In this document: piece by piece, positions 61,831-64,000 of the stretch
Position numbering within the stretch: position 1 is the first letter of the stretch
Layout: each line of letters opens with the position of its first letter
Assembly: GCA_054600435.1 (NCBI GenBank)
Contig: BAAIJX010000018.1
Span: 124,001 to 188,000 of the forward strand
Source: Neophaeotheca triangularis
Taxonomy: Eukaryota
DNA: 64,000 bases
Reading direction: 5' to 3'
Notes under the pieces: generated by a model
The model's database searches: none
What the model was told of the DNA's origin: nothing
The model's input: only the letters and a program-made list of their open reading frames with translations
Translations under genes and position numbers: made by a program

Positions 61831-62926
61831 ATGCCAGATGGCCTTGACAGGCAGCGGGAAGCTGTAGCTTTCTTAGGCCCAAAGGCATCATATACACACC
61901 AGGTAAGAGATATCTATCGGGAGCAACAAAGCGACAGGTTGGCAAAACAAGCAACACCTACCCGAGTCCAACCCCGATAGTTCTATCCCATCCAACTAAC
62001 CCAACAACCAGGCAACCCGGCAAAGATTCCCCGAAGCCAATCACACCCTGTCACCGCAAACAACAATCGAAGACATCTTCGCCTCCGTCCAATCGCAAAC
62101 CACAAACTACGGCGTGGTACCCTTCGAGAACAGCTCCAACGGCTGCGTAGTCTTCACCCTCGACCTGCTCGCCGACCGCACCGACAAATACCCCGACGCC
62201 CTCGTCTGTGGCGAAATCTACCTACCCGTGCAACACTGCCTAGTCGGCCGACGTCGACCTCGACCAGCAACCTCAACCTCAACCCCGACATCAACCCCGA
62301 CATCAAACGCCAAAGAAGGCGACTTCAGCTATATCCGCAAACTCTACTCCCACCCGCAAGCCTGGGGCCAATGCACCAAATTCCTTCAATCGCAGCTCAA
62401 GCACGCCGAGCGGCAGGATGTATCGTCCACTTCCAAAGGCTGCGAGCTCGTGGCCATGGAAACAGGTAATGAGACCACGGCGGCCATTTCCTCCAAAATG
62501 GCGGCAGAGCTCTACGACGTCCCCGTGCTGGTCGAAGGAATCGAGGACCACCCGGGTGAAAACAGCACGCGCTTCTTCGTGCTTCGCAACCGCGGCGTTT
62601 CCGTTCCAGGTGCGGGACTTGCGGCGGAGAGGGAGGAGAAGAGACGGCACAAGTCTCTCGTCACTTTCACCGTTCCGCATATTAGTCCCGGGTCCTTGGC
62701 GGATGCGCTTTCGGTTTTCAAGAAGCATGGGTTGAATTTGACGAGTATTAATACTAGACCGAGTGGGGAGGAGACTTGGCATTATGTCTTTTTTGTTGAG
62801 TTTGTGGGGAGAAGGGAGGAGGGAGGGGAGGGTGGTGTTAATGAGGCGCTGCGGGAGCTGGATGGGGTCGTTCAAGGGTGGCGATGGCTGGGGAGCTGGG
62901 TTGATGCTCAGTCTGGGGGGAGCTAG
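61831..62926 (+). CDS. PHA2: Prephenate dehydratase
   Basis: VAFLGPKASYTHQ, intron 61903-62011, then GVVPFENSSNG.V, YSHPQAWGQC, NSTRFFVL and an ACT domain (LNLTSINTRPS...YVFFVEF). Confidence 0.94.
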
Positions 62927-63334
62927 TTGGGGGAAAGCACGATGCTCCTCAGCTGCTCGAAACAAGAAGCGGAGCTGTTTCGACTGGCCCGAACAAGATG
63001 ACCTCTATCCATGGGTGAACGAAAAGCAGGGCCAGGGAGTTCCACGCGCAACGAAAGGTGTTGTGCTCGACACAGGATAAAGGAAGCAATACACTCGGTT
63101 ACTGCTACAAAAGGGTCTGTCAAAACGAAGCCACACCGAACCCGCCCTTCTCCTTTAACGCCGCTTCCATCCATCCCATCGTCAATACGGCATCCCGACC
63201 CGCCGATAAAGAAGTGTCTCGTATGTCGTGTAGCGGTCCGCAGCGCTAGCAGCGAGCGAGCCTCGCCCACGTATCCGAAAGAAAACTGGTATCATAGCAT
63301 CTCCTCACAACCTCTCGCGACCCGTTTCAGATCC

Positions 63335-63948
63335 TCAAGCCTCGACAGCCTTCTTACCCTTCTTCTGCTCCACCTTCAACAACAGCGCGCGGTTGATGTG
63401 CGGCAAGACACCACCAAACGCGATCGTGGCCCGGATAAGCGTGTCCAGTTCTTCATCACCGCGAATCGCAAGCTGGAGATGGCGCGGCGTGATGCGCTTG
63501 ACCTTGAGGTCTTTAGCCGCGTTGCCGGCGAGTTCGAGCACTTCGGCGGTGAGGTATTCGAGGACTGCAGTGACGTAGACGGCGGCTTTGGCTCCTACGC
63601 GCATCTTGTTTTGGGTTTGCGACTTGAGGAAACGCTTGACACGACCGCATGGGAACTGTGTTTGAGCGTGTTAGTATGATTCGAATGCTAAAAGGAATCA
63701 TAGCGCGATTCCATGCCGCGCAAAGATAATTTCGAAGGGCCCTGTGGATGCCCGCGGCGTGTATTCGAACGCTTTGGTGGAGGAATGTGCTTTGCGACGC
63801 GCCCAGATTTGGTGTTTGGAGTGTAGCAAGCACTTTGCGACTGCTTGCGAGCATCTTACCTGAAGACCAGCTTTGGCAGAGTGACTCTTCTGCGTCTTGC
63901 CCGTCGTGTCCGCGCCCGCCTTGCCTCCGGTCTTGCCGCCAGTTTTGC
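63335..63948 (-). CDS. HTZ1: Histone H2A.Z (5' exon lies beyond the window)
   Basis: [14 protein letters not shown], intron 63656-63859, [11 protein letters not shown]...[49 protein letters not shown]. Confidence 0.96.
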
Positions 63949-64000
63949 CTAGATGAGAGTCAGACCCGGCTTGCAGCTGTGAATCCGCTGCGGAAGACGC

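Noticed and set aside
970..63948. INO80, EPL1 and H2A.Z in one window as an 'H2A.Z chromatin cluster'
   Set aside because: They are spread over 60 kb among unrelated housekeeping genes, so chance co-location is sufficient.

Overview
Gene-dense eukaryotic DNA from a filamentous ascomycete. Short GT-AG introns with CTRAY branch points and the protein sequences suggest Pezizomycotina, probably a Dothideomycete (inference). About 29 protein genes and two intron-containing tRNA genes are supported. Most are housekeeping: INO80, BRX1, EPL1, a SET methyltransferase, mitochondrial TrpRS, an SNF1 beta subunit, TRM6, RBG2, RPT2, UBC1, eRF1, AVT1, PHA2 and H2A.Z. The top finding is a three-exon gene at 23046-23330 that the ORF track misses. 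It encodes a ribosomal protein uS14/Rps29 that has lost three of its four zinc-ligand cysteines (CRVT...SRQA), and it lies just downstream of two ZafA/Zap1-type zinc-response motifs. This looks like a eukaryotic counterpart of the bacterial Zur-regulated zinc-free ('C-') ribosomal protein swap. Other notable items are an eRF1 gene with a readthrough-prone stop, a ~150-codon in-frame extension and a 3'UTR intron (autoregulatory NMD layout), a homoserine kinase-AIR synthetase fusion, a Ser/Cys-type proline racemase-family gene, and a long inverted repeat enclosing a telomere-type sequence. All calls come from reading the sequence by eye; no database search was run.
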